A DNA stretch of 64,000 nucleotides. Origin: Nitrosopumilus sp. GTDB lineage: Archaea; Thermoproteota; Nitrososphaeria; Nitrososphaerales; Nitrosopumilaceae. Location: contig OZ244651.1 of the NCBI GenBank assembly GCA_965218695.1, positions 1,184,001 to 1,248,000 on the forward strand. The letters run 5' to 3'. Below the pieces are notes generated by a model. The model did not search any database. It saw only the letters and a list, made by a program, of their open reading frames with translations, and was not told where the DNA came from. Positions 55,419 to 64,000 of this stretch are shown here, in pieces. A program made the translations under genes and the position numbers. Position 1 is the stretch's first letter. Each line of letters starts with the position of its first letter.

Positions 55419-56513
55419 TAGTGGCGATCAAAAGTTCCTGCAAAATAATTCGGCTTTTCTGTTAAGGAATTTGAACAAATCCAGATTGAATCTTGCAGTT
55501 CGATAATACTGGGAGACGGCACTGTGCATGTCCAAGAAGGTTTTGTAGTATTCTGAGACAAGCAGGTTCCGTTTTCCTTGGTGCCAGCATTCTTCCACGG
55601 CGTTGAGATACGGCGAGCCTTTTGGCAGGTATATGATCTTGATGTTCTTGTTCTCGCGCAGCAGCGTCCGGACGGCTTTTGCGCGGTGCGGGGACGCCCT
55701 GTCCACCATGACGGCCACCTTCCCAAAATGCCTCTGCAGGGCCTTGAGGTACGCAACAAATGTGGGCGCGTTAAACCCGCTGGCAGTCCTGAAGAACTGC
55801 CTGCCATCGGTCGTGACTGAACCGTACACGGCGATTCTTTTGTGGCTTCCCGTATATGGCACGGTTATTGGCACCCCCACGGGGGACCAATACTTGCGAC
55901 CCGATTTTACGTCGTGTATGAAGAACGCCTCGTCTTCCACGACTGGGACAAAACCGTCTTTTTCTAGGCGTGAAATTCTCTTTTTGAGGCGATATTGCCA
56001 GCTTTTTACGGCCGTTTTGGTGGCCCTGTTGATGTGGATCCTTTGCGACCCCTTGGGAGACAGGCCGTATTTTTGCATGATTTTCCTGATGTTCGTCCTG
56101 TGCATCTTTGTTCCCGTTTCCCTGTGTATGACCTGCTGCAGTTCGGCAGGAGTGGTCTTGAACCGGTCCACTACCTTGTCCAGTATGCCGTCCATCGCTT
56201 CCGGCGAAATCTTGGGCGGCCTGCCGGATCTGGGAAGATCCCGGAGGCCTTCGAGGCCTCCTTCCTCGTATCTGCGCATCCAGCGGTATACCCACCGGTC
56301 AGCCTGCAAGAGAATGTCTGCGGCATCGCTTATGCTCATCTTGCGCACGTGTACCATGTGCACTGCAAGCATTCTGACACGCACCCTGCCGTCTTTTTCC
56401 TTTTTGTACGCCTTTTCGAGTTCTTCCTGTTTTGTTTCGTCCATGCTGCGTTCAAGGACCACGGATCTACATAGTTTTCGGGCAGAATTTGTCAAAACTT
56501 TTGCGCGTCACTA
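55419..56513 (-). mobile_element. IS630-family element type B, copy 1 (transposase 56444-55428)
   Basis: TA duplication; TIR TAGTG.CG..CAAAAGTT; intact DDE. Confidence 0.94.
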
Positions 56514-56548
56514 TAGTTCCCTCTCCATGTCTAACCACATTGTAAATA

Positions 56549-58899
56549 TACCAAAAGTGAAAAGTTGATGCGATTGTCACATATTTTACCACATCTAAAG
56601 TTATACCAATTTCACGTCCCACAGTCAATGAAGATCAAGACGATGTTGAAAAGATACGCCGCTGAGACAGACTGCGATACCAAGGACCGCATGATGCTGA
56701 TCATCAGAGTCAAACGTGATGGAATAACCATGAGGGATTCTGCAAAATCCCTGGGAAAGTCAGCCTCGTGGGGCTACAAGTGGCACGAGCGCTACCTGGA
56801 AGTCGGATTTGACAGGCTGGGAAACATGCCGCGCTCCGGCAGGCCGACCAAGGCGAGCAAGGCAGACATGAAGAAGATCAGAAAGGCCGCATGCAGGAAA
56901 CCTGTCTGGACTGGCATGGAGATGCAGCAATACATCCAACAGAAGACCGGAGTGAAGTACGAACTCGGATATGTGCGCCAGATACTGCGCGGGTGGGGCT
57001 ATTCCCAAAAGGTTCCCGTAGGAAAACATGCAAGAAGGGCGCCTGACGAGGAGATCAGGAAATTCCAAAAAGAGATGCCAGAGCTTATAAAAAAAAGAAC
57101 AGTGAAGGAACAGTCGTAGCGATACAGGACGAGTCCATAGTAATCTCCGATGCGCGGCCGCGAAGACGCGGCTACACCAGGAAGGGAATACGGGCGTTTT
57201 TCACGTACACCGGCTCACACTCCAAGACGATAATCCATGGACTAATCACCACGGACGGCAGGGGCATGTTCCGGCAGTACGATGCGTTTACCAAGGACAC
57301 CTTTGAGGACTTTCTAAGGCAGGCGATGTACAGGTTCAAGAAGATCTGCCTGATCATGGACAAGGCCTCCCAGCACAGGGCATCAAACATACGCAAACTG
57401 CTTGATGGCACAGACGGCCTGGAGATAATCTTCCTGCCAACTGCGACCCCGGACCTGAGCGCCATAGAGACGTACTGGAGGGATCTCAAACGGGCAGTGC
57501 TTGACGTGCCGTACACCAGCCTGAGCATGCTCCGCGAGGCGATCACCAGGTACGCGAGGTACAAAAAACCAAATCTGGTAGTCGAGAATTTTCTGTACAG
57601 GGCCATCTATAGTGACGCGCAAAAGTTTTGACAAATTCTGCCCGAAAACTATGTAGATCCGTGGTCCTTGAACGCAGCATGGACGAAACAAAACAGGAAG
57701 AACTCGAAAAGGCGTACAAAAAGGAAAAAGACGGCAGGGTGCGTGTCAGAATGCTTGCAGTGCACATGGTACACGTGCGCAAGATGAGCATAAGCGATGC
57801 CGCAGACATTCTCTTGCAGGCTGACCGGTGGGTATACCGCTGGATGCGCAGATACGAGGAAGGAGGCCTCGAAGGCCTCCGGGATCTTCCCAGATCCGGC
57901 AGGCCGCCCAAGATTTCGCCGGAAGCGATGGACGGCATACTGGACAAGGTAGTGGACCGGTTCAAGACCACTCCTGCCGAACTGCAGCAGGTCATACACA
58001 GGGAAACGGGAACAAAGATGCACAGGACGAACATCAGGAAAATCATGCAAAAATACGGCCTGTCTCCCAAGGGGTCGCAAAGGATCCACATCAACAGGGC
58101 CACCAAAACGGCCGTAAAAAGCTGGCAATATCGCCTCAAAAAGAGAATTTCACGCCTAGAAAAAGACGGTTTTGTCCCAGTCGTGGAAGACGAGGCGTTC
58201 TTCATACACGACGTAAAATCTGGCCGCAAGTATTGGTCCCCCGTGGGGGTGCCAATAACCGTGCCATACACTGGAAGCCACAAAAGAATCGCCGTGTACG
58301 GTTCAGTCACGACCGATGGCAGGCAGTTCTTCAGGACTGCCAGCGGGTTTAACGCGCCCACATTTGTTGCGTACCTCAAGGCCCTGCAGAGGCATTTTGG
58401 GAAGGTGGCCGTCATGGTGGACAGGGCGTCCCCGCACCGCGCAAAAGCCGTCCGGACGCTGCTGCGCGAGAACAAGAACATCAAGATCATATACCTGCCA
58501 AAAGGCTCGCCGTATCTCAACGCCGTGGAAGAATGCTGGCACCAAGGAAAACGGAACCTGCTTGTCTCAGAATACTACAAAACCTTCTTGGACATGCACA
58601 GTGCCGTCTCCCAGTATTATCGAACTGCAAGATTCAATCTGGATTTGTTCAAATTCCTTAACAGAAAAGCCGAATTATTTTGCAGGAACTTTTGATCGCC
58701 ACTATAGAACGACATCAAACCACACCGGATCCACGCCGCCTAGCGTGTGCCATGCACGGCGCATCAGAGCATGCAATGTCTAATGTTCGGGGCGTCTTTT
58801 CTCGTCATTTGGGAATTCAACGCACCTCGTAATTTCCAGAGATGGATGTCGCATCAAAAATTTATGAGCGATTTTGATATGAATTTTTCATTGCTGGTA
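56549..58899 (+). mobile_element. IS630-family element type A, copy 3 (transposase from 56628), with a type B copy inserted at its stop codon
   Basis: Same TIRs as the other A copies; TA duplication at 56547 and 58900. Confidence 0.92.
57610..58704 (+). mobile_element. IS630-family element type B, copy 2 (transposase 57679-58695)
   Basis: 1095 bp, same protein as copy 1; TA duplication at 57608 and 58705. Confidence 0.94.
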
Positions 58900-59142
58900 T
58901 ATGCTCAAACGGAAATGGGTTGTTGATAAATGGAAAGGTTGGCAGGTATGAAAATAGATTTGCTATGCCAAATAAGCAAAGACACGACCCTGCCATAAAA
59001 AATTTAATCAACAATTATTCAATCCTTAATAAAAAATAAAAGGATTACTCCGCTAAATTCCTCTCCAAATCACATCCGATTCTCTAAGCATATTCCTGCT
59101 TCAGAACAGTTCTGCAGGTGGACGGAACCTGTTGACAGCGTA

Positions 59143-59502
59143 TTGACTGATGTTGGGGTGCTATTCTGGGTATGGTGCCTACAAATTCCTGATAGAATCC
59201 CCGCGTGCTGGAAACAGGACCGAAAACTGCCTGACACCGCAGGTGGCGTGTACAAAGGACACTGGTCTCACATCCAGCGTCTTTATAGTAATCCGGCTGT
59301 GAGGATCCTGTATATGGGCGGCTCAAAGAACATCCGGGATGGTCTGGTAAGGCGACTGGTGGATCCGTGCACCCGTGATGCCTCAGGATTTAGGCATGTG
59401 CTGGCACCGGACTACCTGTTCTGGGAGTGCCACGACGGCCGCTTTCCACCGTGCATGGGGCAGCAGCGACGGATGCGGTGCAAAGAGGATCGGTATGGCT
59501 AG
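59143..59502 (+). pseudogene. Possible degenerate GIY-YIG-like ORF
   Basis: P..GGVY....ILYMGGSKNIR..L pattern only; weak. Confidence 0.3.
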
Positions 59503-60151
59503 ATTGGATGCACAACAGGCAACCCTGGCACTTTACGGCATGATAGTGCGGCCCGGAACAACGCTTTGCCGCATATCGGCTAATCCAGACATGTACCTTG
59601 TGCCGTCCGTGGCGGTGTTTGCAGCCACAGTTGCCATGACCGTGCTGCTCCCCTCGAGCTACGATGTGACGCCGTTCATCGAATATACATGGGATGGCAC
59701 GCTATACCGCTTGATTATCGGCTCCGTACTGGGAATGCTGCCTATTATGGGAATCTTTTGGATTGGAAGAAGGTGGGGCGGAAACCGTAGTTTTCGGAGG
59801 GCGTTTCCGGCATTGGCGTACTGCTTGGTCCCTAACATGCTGGGAATCCTGACGGCCGCGGCAGCGGGAGGCCTATACAGCCTCGCAGTTCCAGAGACTG
59901 TCCTTTCTGATGGATTGAAACTGACGTCTGGATACGGCATATCCTTCCTCGCGATCCAGCCTGCTATCTGGTTATTCTTTATCGGGTGGGCGTTCCTGCT
60001 ACAGGCAAAAGCGATCCAGATACTAAACGGATTCGGATACGCCAGAACTGCAGCGGTCTTGGTGCTGGCGATACTGATCATATATGCGGGGAATCTGACT
60101 CACGGCATCGTTACGATAGCCATCCAAGAGCTCGTGCTTAACCTATGGTGA
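59495..60151 (+). CDS. Yip1-like multi-pass membrane protein
   Basis: MIVRP..T start, GRRWGG..SF...LAY..VP pattern, about five TM helices. Confidence 0.7.
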   Translation: MARLDAQQATLALYGMIVRPGTTLCRISANPDMYLVPSVAVFAATVAMTVLLPSSYDVTPFIEYTWDGTLYRLIIGSVLGMLPIMGIFWIGRRWGGNRSFRRAFPALAYCLVPNMLGILTAAAAGGLYSLAVPETVLSDGLKLTSGYGISFLAIQPAIWLFFIGWAFLLQAKAIQILNGFGYARTAAVLVLAILIIYAGNLTHGIVTIAIQELVLNLW

Positions 60152-60341
60152 TGCGAAAAGACCCTTTCAAATTGAACCGGCCAAACCAAAACTATGGCGA
60201 TTCAGTCGCCCAGCGCTTCAGAGCCCCGGAGCCGCCATGGCATGCAATGACTGCAACCCTGCAGGATCCAGATGCCGGAATTGGACAAAGTTCCGCAAAA
60301 ATACAAAAAGAAATATACATTTCAAAAAAGCCCGTTTTGGA

Positions 60342-60653
60342 ATGGACGAGTCCTTTGACCGGGAAAAGGTGGTTAACTGCATGTTTGATCCCGTGACATC
60401 ATCAATCATTGCAGAGCTTGAGGACGGGGCAAAAGAGTGCGGCGTTCTAGCAGAGCACGCGTCTGTCCCAGAATCAGAGGTACTTGACAGGCTCTCATAC
60501 CTGATTGCCCACGGGTTCATAAACGAGGAGTCAGACGGCGGCAAACGCATCCTCTCTGCGGACACCGAAAAACTCACCGGCATAATAGAGGACGGCGACA
60601 ACTTTGATGGGGCCATAAGCGGCCTTGAAAAGATGGACAGCTACCTAAACTGA
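60342..60653 (+). CDS. Winged-helix (ArsR-like) protein
   Basis: FDPV..SIIAELE...LA......V...LSYL..HGFI pattern. Confidence 0.7.
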   Translation: MDESFDREKVVNCMFDPVTSSIIAELEDGAKECGVLAEHASVPESEVLDRLSYLIAHGFINEESDGGKRILSADTEKLTGIIEDGDNFDGAISGLEKMDSYLN

Positions 60654-61151
60654 TCTCCTCTTCCAGAGGGTGTATGCGCCTCCCCCGAGAAGCCCCGCCA
60701 TGCCTGCAAGCAGCACATACACTGACACGAACCCAAGGGCCTTCTTGCCTGCATCCGGAAGCGGCCCTATGGCGCCAAACACGTGCGTCTGCACGCTGTT
60801 GGTCCCGTCCACCACCAGCCTGTATTCCCCGTCGCCTGTCACGTCAAACTCCATCTCGAGGGACTCGCCGCCGATCTCTTCTGAGACAATCTCGGAGCCG
60901 TGCGGGTCAATCACCCTTGCATGAAACACGCCGTCCTGAAACTCCATTATCTGTAGCGCAAAGATCCCCCTCTGCCCGTCTTCCGGGTCAAACTCGCCGC
61001 GCACGATCAGGGGCTCCCCGATACTGACGTCTGCCTCGCCCTGAATGACCCCGTCCAACACTATCTGGTTTCCCACGGTTATGAGCACCAGTCCTGCTAT
61101 GATTGCCATTCCAGAGCCCACTAGCACGATGCCGGATTTGTGCACGATCAT
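60645..61151 (-). CDS. Hypothetical membrane protein with N- and C-terminal TM helices
   Basis: Two hydrophobic helices around a beta-rich domain (GEYRLVV). Confidence 0.75.
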   Translation of the reverse strand: MIVHKSGIVLVGSGMAIIAGLVLITVGNQIVLDGVIQGEADVSIGEPLIVRGEFDPEDGQRGIFALQIMEFQDGVFHARVIDPHGSEIVSEEIGGESLEMEFDVTGDGEYRLVVDGTNSVQTHVFGAIGPLPDAGKKALGFVSVYVLLAGMAGLLGGGAYTLWKRRSV

Positions 61152-61191
61152 TCCTGGCGCTCCTTTGGTTTAAACCTAGTTTTACAAAAAG

Positions 61192-61228
61192 TTAGCCTAG
61201 TCTAAGAAAATTAGCTTGTGTTAAATTT
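61192..61228. promoter_or_regulatory. Two candidate DtxR/MntR-family operator palindromes
   Basis: TTAGcCTAGtCTAA (61192-61205) and AAATTAGCTTGTGTTAAATTT (61208-61228) directly upstream of the MCO-ZIP pair. Confidence 0.5.
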
Positions 61229-61256
61229 AAATAAAGAATTTGCCTCCAATACTGTG

Positions 61257-62324
61257 ATGCGCCGCTCCACTGCCATGATGCTGTCGCTGGTTGTGATTGC
61301 AGGGATTGCCACAGCGACACTGCTCCCGATGATCGGCGAGGCAAGTACGGCGCAGAAGACGTTTGTGACCCACCAGGGCGCAGTGATCAGGACGACCGGG
61401 GATATTCTGGATCCGGTCTACACCGTCTCCACCGTGGAGTTTGACCCAGACGAGTTCCTGCGCAACTTTGAGTACGGGGATGTCTCCGTGTCTGCAGACG
61501 GGCAGACGGTCAGGGAGTACACCATAGTGGCCCGCGATGATCAGATCCAGGAGATCTCCCCCGGCGTCTTTTACAACGTGTGGACGTTTAACGGAACCGT
61601 GCCGGGTCCGACGATAAGGGCCACTGAGGGCGATCTCGTGCGGATCAACTTTATCAATAATGGTTCCCGGGAACACACCATACACTTTCACGGAATCCAT
61701 CCAAGTGCGATGGACGGCGTCTTTGAGATCGTGGGGCGGGGCGGAGGACAGTTCACCTACGAGTTTGAGGCAGGCCCCGTCGGGGTCCATCCGTACCACT
61801 GCCATGTGATGCCGCTGGAGGAGCACATCATACACGGCCTGTACGGCGTGTTCATAGTGGATCCCAAGGAGCCAAGGGAGCCTGCAGACGAGATGGTGAT
61901 GGTGCTAAACGGCATGGACACTGACTTTGACGGCGAGAACAACTTTTATGCTGCAAACACCATCCCGTTCTACTATCAGCACCACCCAATCCAGATCGAT
62001 GCAGGCCAGCTGATCCGGGTGTATGTGGTAAATATGGTTGAGTTTGATCCGATAAACAACTTCCACCTGCACGGAAACCTGTACCGCTACTACCCCACCG
62101 GAACCGACACCGTCCCGTCGTTTTACACCGACATGATAACGCTGTCGCAGACTGAGCGGGGGATAATGGAGTTTGAGTACGACTTTCCGGGGCCGTACCT
62201 GTTTCACGCACACAAGGTAGAGTTCTCCGAGAAGGGCTGGGTGGGGATCTTTCTTGTAAGGGACGGCTCAGATGGGGAGGATGTTGCTCCTCCCGACTTC
62301 CAGGAGAAGACCTATGAAACCTAG
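61257..62324 (+). CDS. Two-domain multicopper oxidase (NirK-like fold)
   Basis: N-terminal TM/signal; HTIHFHG, YHCH..EHI.HGL, FHLHG and FHAH copper motifs; start at 61257 inferred. Confidence 0.92.
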   Translation: MRRSTAMMLSLVVIAGIATATLLPMIGEASTAQKTFVTHQGAVIRTTGDILDPVYTVSTVEFDPDEFLRNFEYGDVSVSADGQTVREYTIVARDDQIQEISPGVFYNVWTFNGTVPGPTIRATEGDLVRINFINNGSREHTIHFHGIHPSAMDGVFEIVGRGGGQFTYEFEAGPVGVHPYHCHVMPLEEHIIHGLYGVFIVDPKEPREPADEMVMVLNGMDTDFDGENNFYAANTIPFYYQHHPIQIDAGQLIRVYVVNMVEFDPINNFHLHGNLYRYYPTGTDTVPSFYTDMITLSQTERGIMEFEYDFPGPYLFHAHKVEFSEKGWVGIFLVRDGSDGEDVAPPDFQEKTYET

Positions 62325-63489
62325 CAGCTCCCGGACGCGGCTGGTTGCAAGCGGCGTGATTCCGTTTGGCCTGGTTGTCGTGCTGGTGGCATACGTGGCA
62401 GGCTTCGGGCCGGATCTGCTGGAACTGGGGGTGTCCCTTCCGGAGGTAACGATCGAGAAGGTTGACTTTGTAGACTCTGAGATACAGGCAACCGTCAGAA
62501 ACACCGGGCCGATGCCGGTACAGGTCGTGATGGCCGACGTAAACGACCGAATCCATCCTGCCGCCGTGGAGCCTGACGGTTACCTGGAACGGTACGAGAC
62601 GGCGCTGGTACGGATTCCGTTTGAGTGGAATGCAGCAGAGCCGTACGTGATAGGAGTCACCACAAGCGACGGCACCAGGTTCCAAAAGGAGATAGAGGCG
62701 GCGGCTCCGGCACTGGAGCCTACTGCGGACCTTGTGGTGCTTTTTGGCGTGATTGGAACCTTTGTCGGAATAATACCTGTGATGATAGGACTGATGTGGC
62801 TCCCGTTCATACGGCGGATCTCAAGGGAGAAGTACCTCTTCTTTCTGGCACTCACGGTGGGACTCTTGCTGTTTCTGGCCCTTGACTCCGTGGAGGAGGC
62901 CCTTGACGTATCCGCCGGTGGTGGCCTGGCAGGGACATTCAACGGAACGATGCTAGTGGCCACCGTCGTGACCCTGTCGTTTCTGGGACTGTACTACTCC
63001 GGGGAGCGCCTTGCCCGGAGGGCAGACTCCTCGGGGCTTGCAAAGCCTGCCGCAGTGGCGCTGATGATATCGATTGGAATCGGCCTGCACAACTTTGGCG
63101 AGGGGCTTGCGATCGGCGCTGCCGTGGGACTCGGTTCTGCGGCGTTTGGCGCGTTTCTTGTTGTGGGGTTTGCACTGCACAATACCACCGAGGGGATTGC
63201 AATTGCCGCCCCGCTCTCGCAGGGAAGGCCGACCATCCTAAAGCTGGCCACGTTGGGAATGATTGCCGGGTCCCCTGCAATCCTTGGCGCGTGGGCAGGA
63301 GGCTTTGCTTACTCCCCGTTTGCCTCGGTGATATTTCTTTCAGTCGGGGCAGGCGCGATACTGCAGGTGATCGTGGTCCTGATGAGGTGGATTGGCCGCG
63401 ACGGCAGCCACAGGATCTCAAGTGCCCCAGTGGTCTCCGGCGTTGCAGTGGGGATGCTGGTGATGTACCTTACAAGCATACTGGTCTGA
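62314..63489 (+). CDS. ZIP-family divalent metal transporter with extracellular N-terminal domain
   Basis: LHNFGEGLAIG and LHNTTEG motifs; overlaps the MCO stop. Confidence 0.92.
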   Translation: MKPSSSRTRLVASGVIPFGLVVVLVAYVAGFGPDLLELGVSLPEVTIEKVDFVDSEIQATVRNTGPMPVQVVMADVNDRIHPAAVEPDGYLERYETALVRIPFEWNAAEPYVIGVTTSDGTRFQKEIEAAAPALEPTADLVVLFGVIGTFVGIIPVMIGLMWLPFIRRISREKYLFFLALTVGLLLFLALDSVEEALDVSAGGGLAGTFNGTMLVATVVTLSFLGLYYSGERLARRADSSGLAKPAAVALMISIGIGLHNFGEGLAIGAAVGLGSAAFGAFLVVGFALHNTTEGIAIAAPLSQGRPTILKLATLGMIAGSPAILGAWAGGFAYSPFASVIFLSVGAGAILQVIVVLMRWIGRDGSHRISSAPVVSGVAVGMLVMYLTSILV

Positions 63490-63667
63490 TCATCTGGCCC
63501 GAGAGCAGAACAGTTACCCGGTCTGGGATTGCACCGGCAGCCGGGACGGTCTGCCGCCGCACCGGCCGGGACGGTCTGCCATCCGACCTCCGTCTGCGGA
63601 CCATACAGATTGTCCGTCTTCGGCGTGGGCATTATATTTATAATAACTGTCATGCCATGAATCACTG

Positions 63668-64000
63668 ATGCTAAACCAGACCGATACTCAGAGGTATTCC
63701 CGTCAGATCATGCTAGACGAGATAGGGTATGAGGGGCAGATCAAGCTAAAGCATTCCACGGCGACAGTCGTGGGCGCAGGCGGCCTTGGCACCCCCATAC
63801 TGCAGAGGCTGGTCTCCATGGGCGTGGGGAATATCCGTGTGGTGGACAGGGATACGATAGACCTGACAAACCTGCACAGGCAGATATTGTATCGGGATGA
63901 GGACGTGGGGGAGCCAAAAGTCGAGGTGGCAGCCAAGCGGCTGCGTGAGATGAATGCCTCCTGCAAGGTTCAGGCCATACCGGCATCCGTGAACCATACC
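63668..64000 (+). CDS. ThiF/MoeB-family adenylyltransferase, truncated by the window end
   Basis: Hand translation MLNQTDTQRYSRQIML..GQIKLK..VVGAGGLG..VVDRD..TNLHRQ. Confidence 0.9.
   Translation, partial: MLNQTDTQRYSRQIMLDEIGYEGQIKLKHSTATVVGAGGLGTPILQRLVSMGVGNIRVVDRDTIDLTNLHRQILYRDEDVGEPKVEVAAKRLREMNASCKVQAIPASVNHT

Larger units (their letters stand above)
55283..59014 (-). pseudogene. 93-aa two-TM membrane protein gene in three pieces (59014-58900, 56546-56514, 55416-55283)
   Basis: Removing the IS630s restores an uninterrupted 282-nt frame LLIKFFMAGSCLCLFGIANLF...PYWLVWSLALYAGIAITIAAIIIPKLRTN. Confidence 0.75.

Noticed and set aside
9689-58899. RNA-guided transposon nucleases (TnpB/IscB) or IS110-type recombinases
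   Set aside because: No ORF with RuvC/Zn-ribbon TnpB or DEDD IS110 motifs was seen; all transposases are DDE types.
61257-62324. Calling the copper protein nirK
   Set aside because: HxH pairs in both domains and linkage to a ZIP permease fit a two-domain multicopper oxidase better.
63530-63580. Short GC-rich direct repeat CCGGGACGGTCTGCC (two copies)
   Set aside because: Only two copies; most simply a local duplication.

Overview
Archaeal chromosomal DNA whose gene content and order point to an ammonia-oxidising Nitrosopumilaceae (Nitrososphaerota) genome. The serpin, DUF285-repeat, FG-GAP and CAP surface proteins and the heavy IS load suggest a host-associated lineage such as a sponge symbiont (inference). 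Core blocks are transketolase-C/transaldolase/corA/tRNA-His (0-9.4 kb), the rpoN-eno-rps2-mvk-ipk-idi-GGPS-gltX-FAH cluster with tRNA-Leu (23-32 kb), nnrE-MBL-cobT-like/glmS-rps4-rps13 (35-40 kb) and MCO-ZIP-ThiF (61-64 kb). About 19 insertion sequences of five families (IS630, IS66, IS5, IS3, ISH3) are present, mostly nested in two clusters (9.7-21.9 kb and 42.8-58.9 kb). Terminal repeats and target duplications could be read for nearly all of them. Removing them in silico restores a 468-aa serpin hit in its reactive-centre loop, a PD-(D/E)XK-like nuclease, a two-TM membrane protein and three transposases. The most unusual signals are an IS630-like subgroup that does not make the canonical TA duplication, an IS66 with 72-96 bp TIRs containing a tRNA D-arm-like motif, a 330-bp triplicated IS66 end encoding truncated transposase peptides, a structured non-coding segment beside tRNA-His, and a Cys-pair module shared by two unrelated secreted proteins. 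All analysis was by eye; no database searches were run.
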